Origin: Nitrospirota bacterium
GTDB taxonomy: Bacteria; Nitrospirota; Thermodesulfovibrionia; Thermodesulfovibrionales; Dissulfurispiraceae
Assembly: GCA_963710375.1 (NCBI GenBank)
Contig: CAVPZX010000001.1
Location: forward strand, 64,001-128,000
Reading direction: 5' to 3'
Length of the DNA: 64,000 bases
In this document: positions 1 through 9,099 of the stretch, in pieces
Layout of the letters: each line of letters begins with the position of its first letter
Numbering within the stretch: position 1 is the stretch's first letter
The notes under the pieces: generated by a model
The model's input: the letters and a program-made list of their open reading frames with translations, nothing else
Databases searched by the model: none
Told to the model about the DNA's origin: nothing
Made by a program: the position numbers and the translations under genes

Positions 1-828
1 TTTGACCCCTTCTATGTTGCCGCCAAATTCTTCGCAGAGCCTCACCGTATCGTGACTTTCAGGGAAGCTTATGGACGGGGCAATTTCCCGTGTGAGGGCA
101 TATTGTTCCATTAACCATGGGTTGTGGAAATCCCACCATTTTGAGCTGTTAAAAATATAATCAAAACCGGCGCTGGCGGTTTTTCTGGTCTGATCCGGAG
201 GGCAGCCGAGCGTCTCAGCAAAAAAAAGCACATCAGGATATTTTTTCTTTATTTCGCTGATGAGTCTTTGCCATAAACTGCCCGGCACCTGATAGGCCGC
301 GTCGCAGCGGAATCCCTTAAAGCCCAGCTTAGCCATGAATGTCACTACACTGAGAAAGAATTGAAACAGACCTTCTTTGTCTCTTGTACCCCGGTGGTCA
401 AACCTTGCGAGGTCATTCCAGATCACCTTTTGCCCGTCTTCATACGCGAATGGATGAGCAATGGTGCCGTCGGATTCATGGAGAAACCATTCCGGGTGTA
501 ATTCTGTCAGGTCTGAATCCGAGGAGCAATGATTGATCACCAGGTCCACCATTACCTTCAGACCAAGTTTCTCCGCGGTCCTGATCGCGTCCATTAACTG
601 TTCATGAGGTTTTTTTTCGATTTCCTCGTCAACTAATAATGGATTGAAATCAAAATAATCCGCTATCGAGTAAAGACTGCCCGATCTGCCGGTACGCTGA
701 ACAGGGTTGACAAAAATCCAGTTGAAGCCCATTTCCGAGGCTCGCAATAAATGACTTTCCCAACCGGCAAACTTTCCTGCCAGCAGAGGAAACAGGTTAT
801 AGATGATCATCTTTTCCGGTTTTCTCAT
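1..828 (-). CDS. GH13 alpha-amylase family glycoside hydrolase (partial, runs off the window start)
   Basis: Not in the ORF track because it has no stop in the window. ATG at 828 with GGAGGA at 835-840. Translates MRKPEKMIIYNLFPLLAG...MVDLVINHC...GFKGFRCDAAYQVP...FFAETLG...SFPESHDTVRL, i.e. GH13 regions I-IV with catalytic D/E/D. Confidence 0.9.
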   Translation of the reverse strand, partial: MRKPEKMIIYNLFPLLAGKFAGWESHLLRASEMGFNWIFVNPVQRTGRSGSLYSIADYFDFNPLLVDEEIEKKPHEQLMDAIRTAEKLGLKVMVDLVINHCSSDSDLTELHPEWFLHESDGTIAHPFAYEDGQKVIWNDLARFDHRGTRDKEGLFQFFLSVVTFMAKLGFKGFRCDAAYQVPGSLWQRLISEIKKKYPDVLFFAETLGCPPDQTRKTASAGFDYIFNSSKWWDFHNPWLMEQYALTREIAPSISFPESHDTVRLCEEFGGNIEGVK

Positions 829-847
829 AATTTTTCCTCCTAATTAA

Positions 848-1879
848 TCACTTTCTTATGGCATCCGTTACGAGCCGATAGTTCTTACACAGTACAGAAA
901 GCCAGAAATTCATCCGTTCAGCATTTCCCTTATCCCGCCAGTGATGAAAAAGATAAGAGTCATCTACAAGCGGAAGCATTCCTTCAACCGGATGAATTTC
1001 GAGAGCGAAGGAAACCTGTTCAGGACCCGGCAACTCCAGTGCTCCGGCAACAATCCTCGAAAGCCCTAAAGGCCCGAACATCAAATCCAGAGATTTTTTC
1101 CCCATGTATGGGAATGGTAGCATAATTTTGTCTAAAAAACTCAAGTGGTCCGCCACTCCGAAAGGGCTGAAGGTCGAGAGCGGGTGTGCGTCGTGCAGAT
1201 GATAATGCAGCGGTTTCCCCAGGCTGCCGATTTCCCGCATCACGCGGAGAACTTCAGCTGGGGCCGCAGCGACCGCTTCCTCGATATCGCCTATTACATC
1301 CTGAAGACCGGCATCGTGAGGCTTGAGAGCACAAATATCTTTTCCCGGGTATTTGCCTGAATAGATACGCCTTGCCTGCCAAAGGCCCAAATGTCCTATA
1401 TCGATGCAGCTGCTCACGCGCTCAAGGTCACGTGATGCCCTGAAAAGAGCAATGAATAGATCAGGCTCAAGACCCGAAGCGTATTCGATAAAGAGATAAG
1501 GACTTCCCCCGATGTTTCTTAATCTCGATTCCAGGTCATGCAGGACAGTTAAATAACTGTCAAAGCAAAAGGCGATCTCGCTCTGATCATGAATTATTAA
1601 TCCGAAGATGCGGTTTTTAAATTTTTTGGCGAAATCGAGGATCAGTGCAAGGCTGTATTCGTCAAAGAGATTTATCCATCTGGGCAAATGCACGGTTGCC
1701 GGTACTTCAGGAGTCGGTTTGAACCTCCAAAGCCTCTCCAATTCGTCCGGACTTTCAGCGTAGAACTCGGGTCCGAGGCCGGCCTCTTTAAATCGCAGGG
1801 AGGCGAGCTGCAAAAGGGCGTCATCGCCGTCAATTCTTTTTTGGAAAAGCGCCAGAATTGGAGGTTTTGGGCTAGACAT
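848..1879 (-). CDS. Xylose-isomerase-like/AP-endonuclease-2 TIM-barrel metalloprotein, function unknown
   Basis: Likely start MSSPKPP at 1879, overlapping the PWD stop. Motifs VHLP, IEYA, CIDIGH, HYHLHD, DHLSF, LEIH. Confidence 0.7.
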   Translation of the reverse strand: MSSPKPPILALFQKRIDGDDALLQLASLRFKEAGLGPEFYAESPDELERLWRFKPTPEVPATVHLPRWINLFDEYSLALILDFAKKFKNRIFGLIIHDQSEIAFCFDSYLTVLHDLESRLRNIGGSPYLFIEYASGLEPDLFIALFRASRDLERVSSCIDIGHLGLWQARRIYSGKYPGKDICALKPHDAGLQDVIGDIEEAVAAAPAEVLRVMREIGSLGKPLHYHLHDAHPLSTFSPFGVADHLSFLDKIMLPFPYMGKKSLDLMFGPLGLSRIVAGALELPGPEQVSFALEIHPVEGMLPLVDDSYLFHHWRDKGNAERMNFWLSVLCKNYRLVTDAIRK

Positions 1880-4535
1880 TTCCCTGTTGGGCCCTAGATT
1901 GAACAAGGTATATCTCATCTCCAGAAACTACCCCCTCAATGTCCTGTGGATGCCCCAGGGCCTTCTCCACAAATTGTCCTATCGACCCTAAACGTCGGGC
2001 TATCAGGTTCCTGTATGTTCTGTTTTCAGAGAGGCTAATGTCTGAGTAATCTATGGTTTTCATTATGATTCCCCCCGAGTGACCAGGCCACAAAGCATGA
2101 CTGAAACTCGCAAAGGCCAGCATCCGGACCTTTTTCGTTTGTTTATTGCAGACTATCCGGTAAGGAACACCGGATTCTCCTGCTGCAGCTAATGTTTCAC
2201 CCAGACCAATCGCCAGCTCTATATAGATTTCTTCTTTATTATAAGTTACCGGATTGATCGTATGCATTATAAATGAGAATTCCGGAACTATCATTTTCTG
2301 AATGAGCACGGCCATATATGCCCTGTCGTGCCGTATACAATTGCTCCTTCTGTTCATTACTGCACGTTTGTTCCATAACGATGCCCATACTCTGCGTATT
2401 GCTATGGCAACATCGGAAGGAGGCGTGTTTGCGACAGAATCGTAGAGTCCAGCCCCGGCAAATCTTTCCATATCTTCACAGTTTGAGCTTGAGCGTACTA
2501 TCAACCGTTCATTAGGCAGGAATTTTTTAGTGACGCCTGAGACGATTTCATCCGGCACCTCTATATGATTTACGATCTCCTGTAGTCTTCTTCCGGTAAC
2601 GGCAAAATCCTTATGCCGGTGGCTGTTAAGGCCGCTGACTAATAGCCCGTACTCCTTTTCGAGCCCGGGTTGGGCAGACAAAGATGCTTCCATCACTCCA
2701 AGTGGAATTACAAGTCCTGGCGCGGTCTTGAATCCGGCATGCGCAAGCCCGGATAATTCCTCAAGCTGCCGTGCCGCAAAGGCTTTGCCGCCGGCTATTT
2801 CCGCAGTGACCCTGTTGAGAGACAATATTGGGGGCAATTTATCTGCAGAGAATAAAACTGCTTCCCGGGCCTCTACAGCCGGCAACTGAATTCTATCCGG
2901 ATCATTATTTTGTTTGTTCATTTTACGATCATAAGAAAATTCCGGAAAAATTATTACACTGACTCTTTCGGCAAAGACATCCAGGTTAACCAACTTCCCG
3001 GCAAGACTTTTTAACTCTTCAAACCGTTCCCTTTCTTCACACGCTGTGAATGCGATATGACCTTGACGGGCGCGGACAGCCAAGTGTGACAGGTGAGGGA
3101 TTTCATGCGCAACTATGATGCCGGCAACCATCGCCGGTATATCCTCTTCCCCCTCGGCCTCTTCCAGAAGTGCTATAAGCGGACCGTTGCCTGCATCCGG
3201 TAAATGACTGATACCTTGCGCTGCAACCAGGCGGCCGGATGCTCTTCCGGGTACTATTACATCCCAGGCAGGGATATCCGCGAGTGTTCGAATTTGTTTT
3301 AGAAGCAGGGCAACGAGTTTAGATACCTGGAATACAGGGTGATTCCGGATTTCCGACTCGCTGAAAACTTTTATTGCATGCGCAGCCACGCCCAGGGCAT
3401 GACCTAAACTTTTTGCCTTTGAAGGGAATGTCGACAGAATTTTGTTACAGTAATCATCTGCCAATCGCGAACATCTTTCGAGAGTGGCTTTAATGCGGAG
3501 CAACTGTTCGACATCCTCAGGGGTAAACTTGCGGGACCAGTTTATCAGTTCGGACTCTATTGCCCGGCATTCCTCAGCATCGAATCCTCCTAATCCAAGG
3601 TTGCCGGTTGCCTGCAATAGTGACGATAAAGCCAATTCCCACGGTATCACATCCCTCATAGTTTCGAGGTGATTGTTTAAACGGCTGAGGAGAACAAAGG
3701 TGAAATCTTCCAGGCCAATGTCTGCCATCTGAAGCTGCTGTGCATTCGGTCCGTTTTCGAGTTCGAGCATTTCCTGAAATTGAATGCGAAGTTCCGTTAA
3801 ATGTTCCAACGCAGTTAACATCTGATTCGGAGTATTTATTTTTCTCTTGATTTCAAGAAATTTAGTTATAGACGATGCTTTGCGCGCGTCAACCTCATTT
3901 ATCATTTCCGCAAGGGCTTCGAGGCGTTCATCCAAAGATAACGCATTAAAAAATTCTTTAAGTTCCTCATGGAAACGCTCGAACTCCTCTATAAAAGGCG
4001 GGGGATACGCCGCGCCGGGTGCAGTAATCTTTTTCAGCAGGCTTTCAGAAGTGACGAGGTCTTCTGGTCCGGCAGAACGGTGGAGTTTGTTCTGAAGCGT
4101 GTGCTTGATTTCACGTTTAAGTTCTTCCGGGATATCATTTCTGTGCGCGATGTCCCTTATGCGTGTGAGGGGTTCCGCCCTTGTAAATGAGGCGTCGAAA
4201 GAGGGCAGGCAGGGGTAAATTTTTCTAATTATAAAAACATTTTCAGGGGTTGCTATTTCAGAGAGCCTCTTATATATTTGCTGTGCCATCTTTGCATGAT
4301 GGGATGGACGATAATGGCCGCCTTCCTCGCTGCATGGGACTTCGCCGGTACCGATAAAGCGGAGATAGACAGCTATATAAGCTAGATGATCTGTGTTCAG
4401 ATTGCAGGTGCTGTCGGCGAAGAGGTCTAGCAGCCAACCCAGCCTGTTCCTCCAGCTCAGGAACCTGCGGTTTGCATCAGCTATTTCATTTACAAAGTCT
4501 TCGCCCGATGTCAAATAGGCCTCCATAACCAGCAT
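1872..4535 (-). CDS. Phosphoglucan, water dikinase (PWD/GWD3)-like protein
   Basis: PWD-type blocks YLRFIGTGEVPCSEEGGHYRPSHHA and PLTRIRDIAHRNDIPEELKREIKHTLQNKLHRSAGPEDL; phospho-His motif LSHLAVRARQ; nucleotide-binding domain VRSSSNCEDMERFAGAGLYDS...PQDIEG. Alternative start at 4526. No N-terminal CBM20. Confidence 0.9.
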   Translation of the reverse strand: MLVMEAYLTSGEDFVNEIADANRRFLSWRNRLGWLLDLFADSTCNLNTDHLAYIAVYLRFIGTGEVPCSEEGGHYRPSHHAKMAQQIYKRLSEIATPENVFIIRKIYPCLPSFDASFTRAEPLTRIRDIAHRNDIPEELKREIKHTLQNKLHRSAGPEDLVTSESLLKKITAPGAAYPPPFIEEFERFHEELKEFFNALSLDERLEALAEMINEVDARKASSITKFLEIKRKINTPNQMLTALEHLTELRIQFQEMLELENGPNAQQLQMADIGLEDFTFVLLSRLNNHLETMRDVIPWELALSSLLQATGNLGLGGFDAEECRAIESELINWSRKFTPEDVEQLLRIKATLERCSRLADDYCNKILSTFPSKAKSLGHALGVAAHAIKVFSESEIRNHPVFQVSKLVALLLKQIRTLADIPAWDVIVPGRASGRLVAAQGISHLPDAGNGPLIALLEEAEGEEDIPAMVAGIIVAHEIPHLSHLAVRARQGHIAFTACEERERFEELKSLAGKLVNLDVFAERVSVIIFPEFSYDRKMNKQNNDPDRIQLPAVEAREAVLFSADKLPPILSLNRVTAEIAGGKAFAARQLEELSGLAHAGFKTAPGLVIPLGVMEASLSAQPGLEKEYGLLVSGLNSHRHKDFAVTGRRLQEIVNHIEVPDEIVSGVTKKFLPNERLIVRSSSNCEDMERFAGAGLYDSVANTPPSDVAIAIRRVWASLWNKRAVMNRRSNCIRHDRAYMAVLIQKMIVPEFSFIMHTINPVTYNKEEIYIELAIGLGETLAAAGESGVPYRIVCNKQTKKVRMLAFASFSHALWPGHSGGIIMKTIDYSDISLSENRTYRNLIARRLGSIGQFVEKALGHPQDIEGVVSGDEIYLVQSRAQQGNV

Positions 4536-4755
4536 TATTTATAAATTTATACAAGGAGCAGTCAGGCCACAGTGCTTCGTCTCAACTGCCACCCCAAAGA
4601 TCTTCGATCTTTCGGGGACCCCGTCTTCTCGCAAGGCATCCAGCCTTGCTCCGAGGCTATGACAGCCTGTGTCACCATCCTTGGTGTCACTTAGGCTGTC
4701 AAAGTCCGCTCAGCACCATGCCCCGCCCGCTCCTTGCATAAATTTATGAATAATG
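4533..4755. mobile_element. MITE-like palindromic element (223 bp)
   Basis: 27-bp terminal inverted repeat CATTATTTATAAATTTATACAAGGAGC / GCTCCTTGCATAAATTTATGAATAATG with 2 mismatches; three internal hairpins; no ORF. Confidence 0.7.
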
Positions 4756-4759
4756 TTTA

Positions 4760-5566
4760 CTAACCGATTATTTTCAGCAGCCTGGTGCGTATCTCTACGA
4801 GAAGGCTCTCCGGGTGCGGCCATTGCTCAAGGATAATGCATCCCGAAAAATTACGGTTTTTCATTCGCTCTATAAGGCCCCTTATACCTGTCGGGTCTTT
4901 TCCAGCCGGTCCTGTGAAAAGGGGCAGGTGGCTGTCATTGTCACCGTAATTTTCGTGCATATGTATATGGATTACCGGCACCTGAGGATCGAGCATGTCT
5001 ATAAACTTTAGGTAATCGTTACGTGTTGCTTTACACAGGTTCGCATGACCAATGTCCAGACACATTCCTACAAGCGGGGGATTGTCAGTAAGGCGCAGGA
5101 GACTGAATAGCTTATTGAAATCTTCAGGCCCTGTATTCGGAGTGTTTTCAATGGCGAGCTTAATTCCGTCATGTGCAAGGCGTTTCTTGAGAGGGACAAT
5201 AGCATCCACAAAGGCAGCAATCCCTTCATCGGCATAAAGATGAACGTTGACAAGAGATGCGCCAGTATCCTGTGCGAACCTGATAGTTTTGGATAAGTGT
5301 TCGAGTGTCTCAGATCTCAAAGGGTTAAGCTGCCACGGGGCGTGGACCGAGAGGCGGATATCATGCGCTGTAGCGGTATCCCTTATTAATAACCGTGCTT
5401 CTTTCGAAATGTCGTTTTCGTCCCAGCCGGCGCCTGACTCATTTTTATCCGGAAACCATTCAAATGCGTCAAAGCCGTTAGCTACGGCATATTCGAAAGG
5501 CTGCATCACGGAATATGCGGAAAGGGCAGTCTGATTGCCGATGCGTACACGCGCTGTTTCAATCAT
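4760..5566 (-). CDS. Sugar-phosphate isomerase/AP-endonuclease-2 family TIM-barrel metalloprotein
   Basis: Start MIETARVRIG at 5566 overlaps the GWD stop (ATGATTGA). Motifs SVHAPW, IENT, CLDIGHAN, HIHMHEN, DSHLP, ILEQW. Confidence 0.8.
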   Translation of the reverse strand: MIETARVRIGNQTALSAYSVMQPFEYAVANGFDAFEWFPDKNESGAGWDENDISKEARLLIRDTATAHDIRLSVHAPWQLNPLRSETLEHLSKTIRFAQDTGASLVNVHLYADEGIAAFVDAIVPLKKRLAHDGIKLAIENTPNTGPEDFNKLFSLLRLTDNPPLVGMCLDIGHANLCKATRNDYLKFIDMLDPQVPVIHIHMHENYGDNDSHLPLFTGPAGKDPTGIRGLIERMKNRNFSGCIILEQWPHPESLLVEIRTRLLKIIG

Positions 5567-8500
5567 GTTCAAGACCTGCCTGAGGGCGCGATTGAACGAC
5601 ATAATATTGTCCGTTGGTGTATGCGCCCTCAATATCCTGGGGACCACCCAGGACCTTTTCAACAGATGCGCCGATAGCGGCAATGTTTATCAAAAACTTG
5701 TTTCGAAAATTCTCGTCCCATACAAGCGCCTCTTCCGTGTAATTCAGGTTAACCTTAACGGGTTGCGGCAGCATGAAGCTGTCGTAAAGGCCTGCGCCCG
5801 CAAAGCCGGCAAGGTCTTCTCCATTTGAATCGGAACGGAAGACAAGTCCGCTGCCGAAAAGACCAATGCTTTTCCCCGGAAATGATAAGAGGTGAGGTTC
5901 CCGTCCGCCTTTCACACATGAGAAACTGAGCGCCCTGCCGGGGTAGTTTGCGACCAATGCCTCGCCGAGTCCTAGAACAACTTCGGCATAAATCTCATCG
6001 TTATTGTTAGTAAACGGGTTGACAGTATGGATCACAAAACTATAATCCGCTTCAACAACCCTCTGAACCAGAACAGCCATTATGAGGTATTCATCAGGGA
6101 TGCCGTTTGCCTTACGGCTTAAATACGCCCGTTCATTCCACTTGGAGCCCCAAACGAGTTTAATGCATGTCCATGCGTCTTCCCATTTTTCGGGCCAGTC
6201 TTGAGGCCGCCCGACTCCGGAATTTTCCATCACCGTACAGAGCGAGGAGAACAATTCGTCAGGCGACTCAAGGGCAAGGATGGTTTTTTTTATGTCTTCA
6301 AGCAAACCGTAGCGCGAACTTTCCGTTTCTTCCTTCAGCCTGCCGGAGCAGTTCGTTATGACGCTCTGCAAGTTCTTTGTTGGAAGGCCAGGCGAGGACC
6401 TTTTCAAAAACCCCGAAAGGCAGTGCTGCCGAGGCAGGGAGGTTTATCCAATCCGGCAGTTTGCCCTGCATACGTCTCAGGTTGTTGGATTTGCCTCCAG
6501 TGTTGTCTTTGTTGAACTCGTTCATCGGCACTGCGTAGACGCGCAAAAAAGGTTTTGGAATGGCTGATGTTTGTGTGAGAGGATGCCGGCCATGAGGTGA
6601 TGGGGCCTTCACATCTTCCCTGCTTTCTTCAAATGTAACCTCACCGCCTGCGCTGACGTCCAGTTTGATCAGTAAGCCGCCCAGAGACTTTAACGTTGCG
6701 ATCTCGTCGGAGTCGTAACAAACGGCGAAGAGTATATGCGCATTTCTGGCCCGTACCGCCAGATGGGACAGCACATCGACCGACTCTGGTGTTATGAGTG
6801 CGATGACCCCTTCAGGTATTTCTTCATTCCCCTCCACATCGTCTGCAATTACTACTGCCGGTTTGGTGAAACTCCTGCCCTGTATGGATTTCAAATGTGA
6901 TACCGTTTCGACAACTCCGGTTCCACTACTCAGGCTGATCAGCTGCCAGTTCCCGAGGTCGGCACTTTTCCGCAACAGGGCATCAAGTTTGCGCAAAAGC
7001 ACCGAAAGGACAAATGCAGGCCTCCCGCGCACCACCTCTTCGGTAAAAAGACTGACACTCCAGGAAGCAGCATGAAAGGCCTTTCCGAGAGATTCGGCCT
7101 TGGGCTGAAGGAGTTGGTGATATCGGTCGATGAAATTGCCCAGACCCCGCTGAAGGCGGTCGACCACTGCCTTCACCTGAAGCGGCCGCAGTTTCGCGTA
7201 TCGCGGCATCTTCTCCAGACGTTTCCAGTAAGCAAGACAGCTTTCAAATTCCTCGTCGGCGGCTGAGATACACAGGTTCTCAAGGGACATTAGTGTCAAT
7301 TCCTCCAGCTGACCTAAGTTCAGTTTCGGATGAAGGTTTTTTTCGACAACAGCCCTGAAGAAGTCTTCCATTGCCAGATCGAGAAAAAGCAGGTCACGCA
7401 CCTTGCTTTGATGCTCGCCGAGCCTGCCCGCGACCCAATGTCGTATTTCAGTGATTTTTTCAAGTAGTGTAAATGCACGGTCTCCACTATCTTCCCGATG
7501 TGACAATACATAATCCACAAGTCTTTGCATATCTGCATCGAACATATATCGTGTGGAATTGACGGCTGTGCCGAGATCTGTGCCGGAATGTATTTCCTTG
7601 AGTATTTCGAGGAAGTGCTCGAAATCATGCATCAGGGCCTCTTTCAGATGAGGGATAAAGCTCGGCGGCGACTTGATCGGGCGCTCATAGCTTTCCAGCC
7701 TTTTCCGGGTGACGCCGCCTGCTTCAAGTCTCTTATAGAAAAGATCAATGTTTCCGTTGCTTGCCAGGAATTCCAGATAGGCCTCACATATGACTATATC
7801 GTCGGGTGTGGCATTATTATGGAGCTTCTGATGCCATTCTTCCATAAAATGTCCTGCAGCCTCTTTGATATGATGGCGATGCATTATATTCAATATCTCG
7901 TCACGGACCCTCTGTGCATCCCTCCCTGTGCCGAGAGTTGTCATTATCAGGCGTATGAGCTCCCGCTCTGCCGGCTCGTCAATGTAGCGGCTTGCGAGTT
8001 TGTCCGTAAGGCGGCTTATGGCATGGCCTAATTCCCGCGGCTTGGTATTATAGTTCCGCTGCCAGTCCAGTTGTCTGATATACGAAAAACGGAGCCAGAC
8101 ATAGATCAGCGCAACCCCTTCGACATTATTGCTTCCGAGTCTGTCCAGCAGGTCATAGCAGAGATTGAACCTGTGCATCAATGTCCATGAATTGCGGCCC
8201 ATTTCATTTTCGATGATTTTATCAGCAATAGAAGCAAGGTCGAGACTTTCTGAAAAAGCTTCCTGCCCGGAAGGAACAGCAACAGGGATGAAGAAATTTT
8301 GTCCCTTCTCTTTTATCCAGCGCCCTGTGTCGCTCTGCTTGAGGACAAGCAGAATGCCCGCAGGCGCTTCTTTTTCGTCTATCTCCAGGGTTAACCGTCT
8401 GATATCGACATTGTCGGCAAATGGTGTCTGAGCTGCTGCATTTTGGAATACTGCTGTTCCGGCAGGATGCATCGAAAATGGAGGCACAACCCATTCGTGA

Positions 8501-8718
8501 TGGGAATCATATGTTACTCCCCAATGAAGAATCAGGGGACCCTGTATATCGGTAAGCAGAGTTATAATATAGCGTTCCCGGTCCCTGGCAACTACAACTG
8601 CCAATTGTCCTTCTGCAAGCCTATAATGGTGTTCATAAGCTATTATTTTATCAACTGCTTCTCTTTTGAGCTGTTCGATGAAAGATAGGGCAGATCCGCT
8701 ATTTTCAGAATGTTCTAT
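5559..8718 (-). CDS. Alpha-glucan, water dikinase (GWD1/R1)-like protein, about 1050 aa, with one frameshift near 6345
   Basis: Joins ORFs 6298..8604 and 5559..6407. CBM45-like LHWGV..EWVVPP..AAQTPF; GWD blocks LMHRFNL, VWLRFSYIRQLDWQRNYNTKPRE, MEEWHQKLHNNATPDDIVIC; phospho-His DVLSHLAVRARN; C-terminal VWGSKWNERAY and FRSDSNGEDLAGFAGAGLYDS. The frame stays open upstream to an ATA at 8718 behind GAGGGG. Confidence 0.9.
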
Positions 8719-8736
8719 GCTAATCCCCTCTTAGAG

Positions 8737-9024
8737 TTATATTTCTTTAACTTGAAAGACAGATAAGAGCTGAAGTACCTTAAGATGCCTCAGGAGTTTC
8801 TCGTTTTTTACCAAAAGCGAGAGGGCTACATTCCTTTCACGGACAAGCACCAGAAGGAATCCCAGCATGGCTGAACCCAGAAACGTAGAATCCGGAATTA
8901 TCAAGGTGAGGGATTCCAGAGTTCCCAGTCCTGTGACGGCTTTCTTAATCTGCACATAGTCTTCTAGTGTTTGAATCTGACCGCTTATAACGAGTTCCGA
9001 AGGCCCTTTTACTCTGATCTCCAT
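8737..9024 (-). CDS. STAS domain / anti-sigma-factor antagonist-like protein
   Basis: 95 aa; FLGSAMLGFL resembles the phospho-Ser motif; strong RBS AAGGAGG. Confidence 0.65.
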   Translation of the reverse strand: MEIRVKGPSELVISGQIQTLEDYVQIKKAVTGLGTLESLTLIIPDSTFLGSAMLGFLLVLVRERNVALSLLVKNEKLLRHLKVLQLLSVFQVKEI

Positions 9025-9099
9025 TAAAATACCTCCTTAAAATGACTCGATGATACTGCGTAAGACGCTTCGATACCGAATCTCAACGTCAATTCTTCT

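Noticed and set aside
4526..4765. Clean restoration of a TIM-barrel-PWD fusion by removing the element
   Set aside because: Deleting the element plus one TAACC copy leaves the frames off by one base, and deleting only the repeat-bounded part leaves the TAG. The fusion remains a hypothesis.
6298..6407. Programmed ribosomal frameshift in GWD
   Set aside because: No slippery heptamer is evident at the junction, and similar single-base breaks occur in unrelated genes.
1872..8718. Calling the two dikinases PEP synthase or pyruvate phosphate dikinase
   Set aside because: The His domain precedes a C-terminal nucleotide-binding domain, there is no PEP/pyruvate-binding barrel, and GWD/PWD-specific blocks are present.
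1..8718. Eukaryotic (plant/algal) contamination as the source of GWD/PWD
   Set aside because: There are no introns or transit peptides, the genes have Shine-Dalgarno sites and overlapping start/stop codons, and they are contiguous with bacterial signalling genes.
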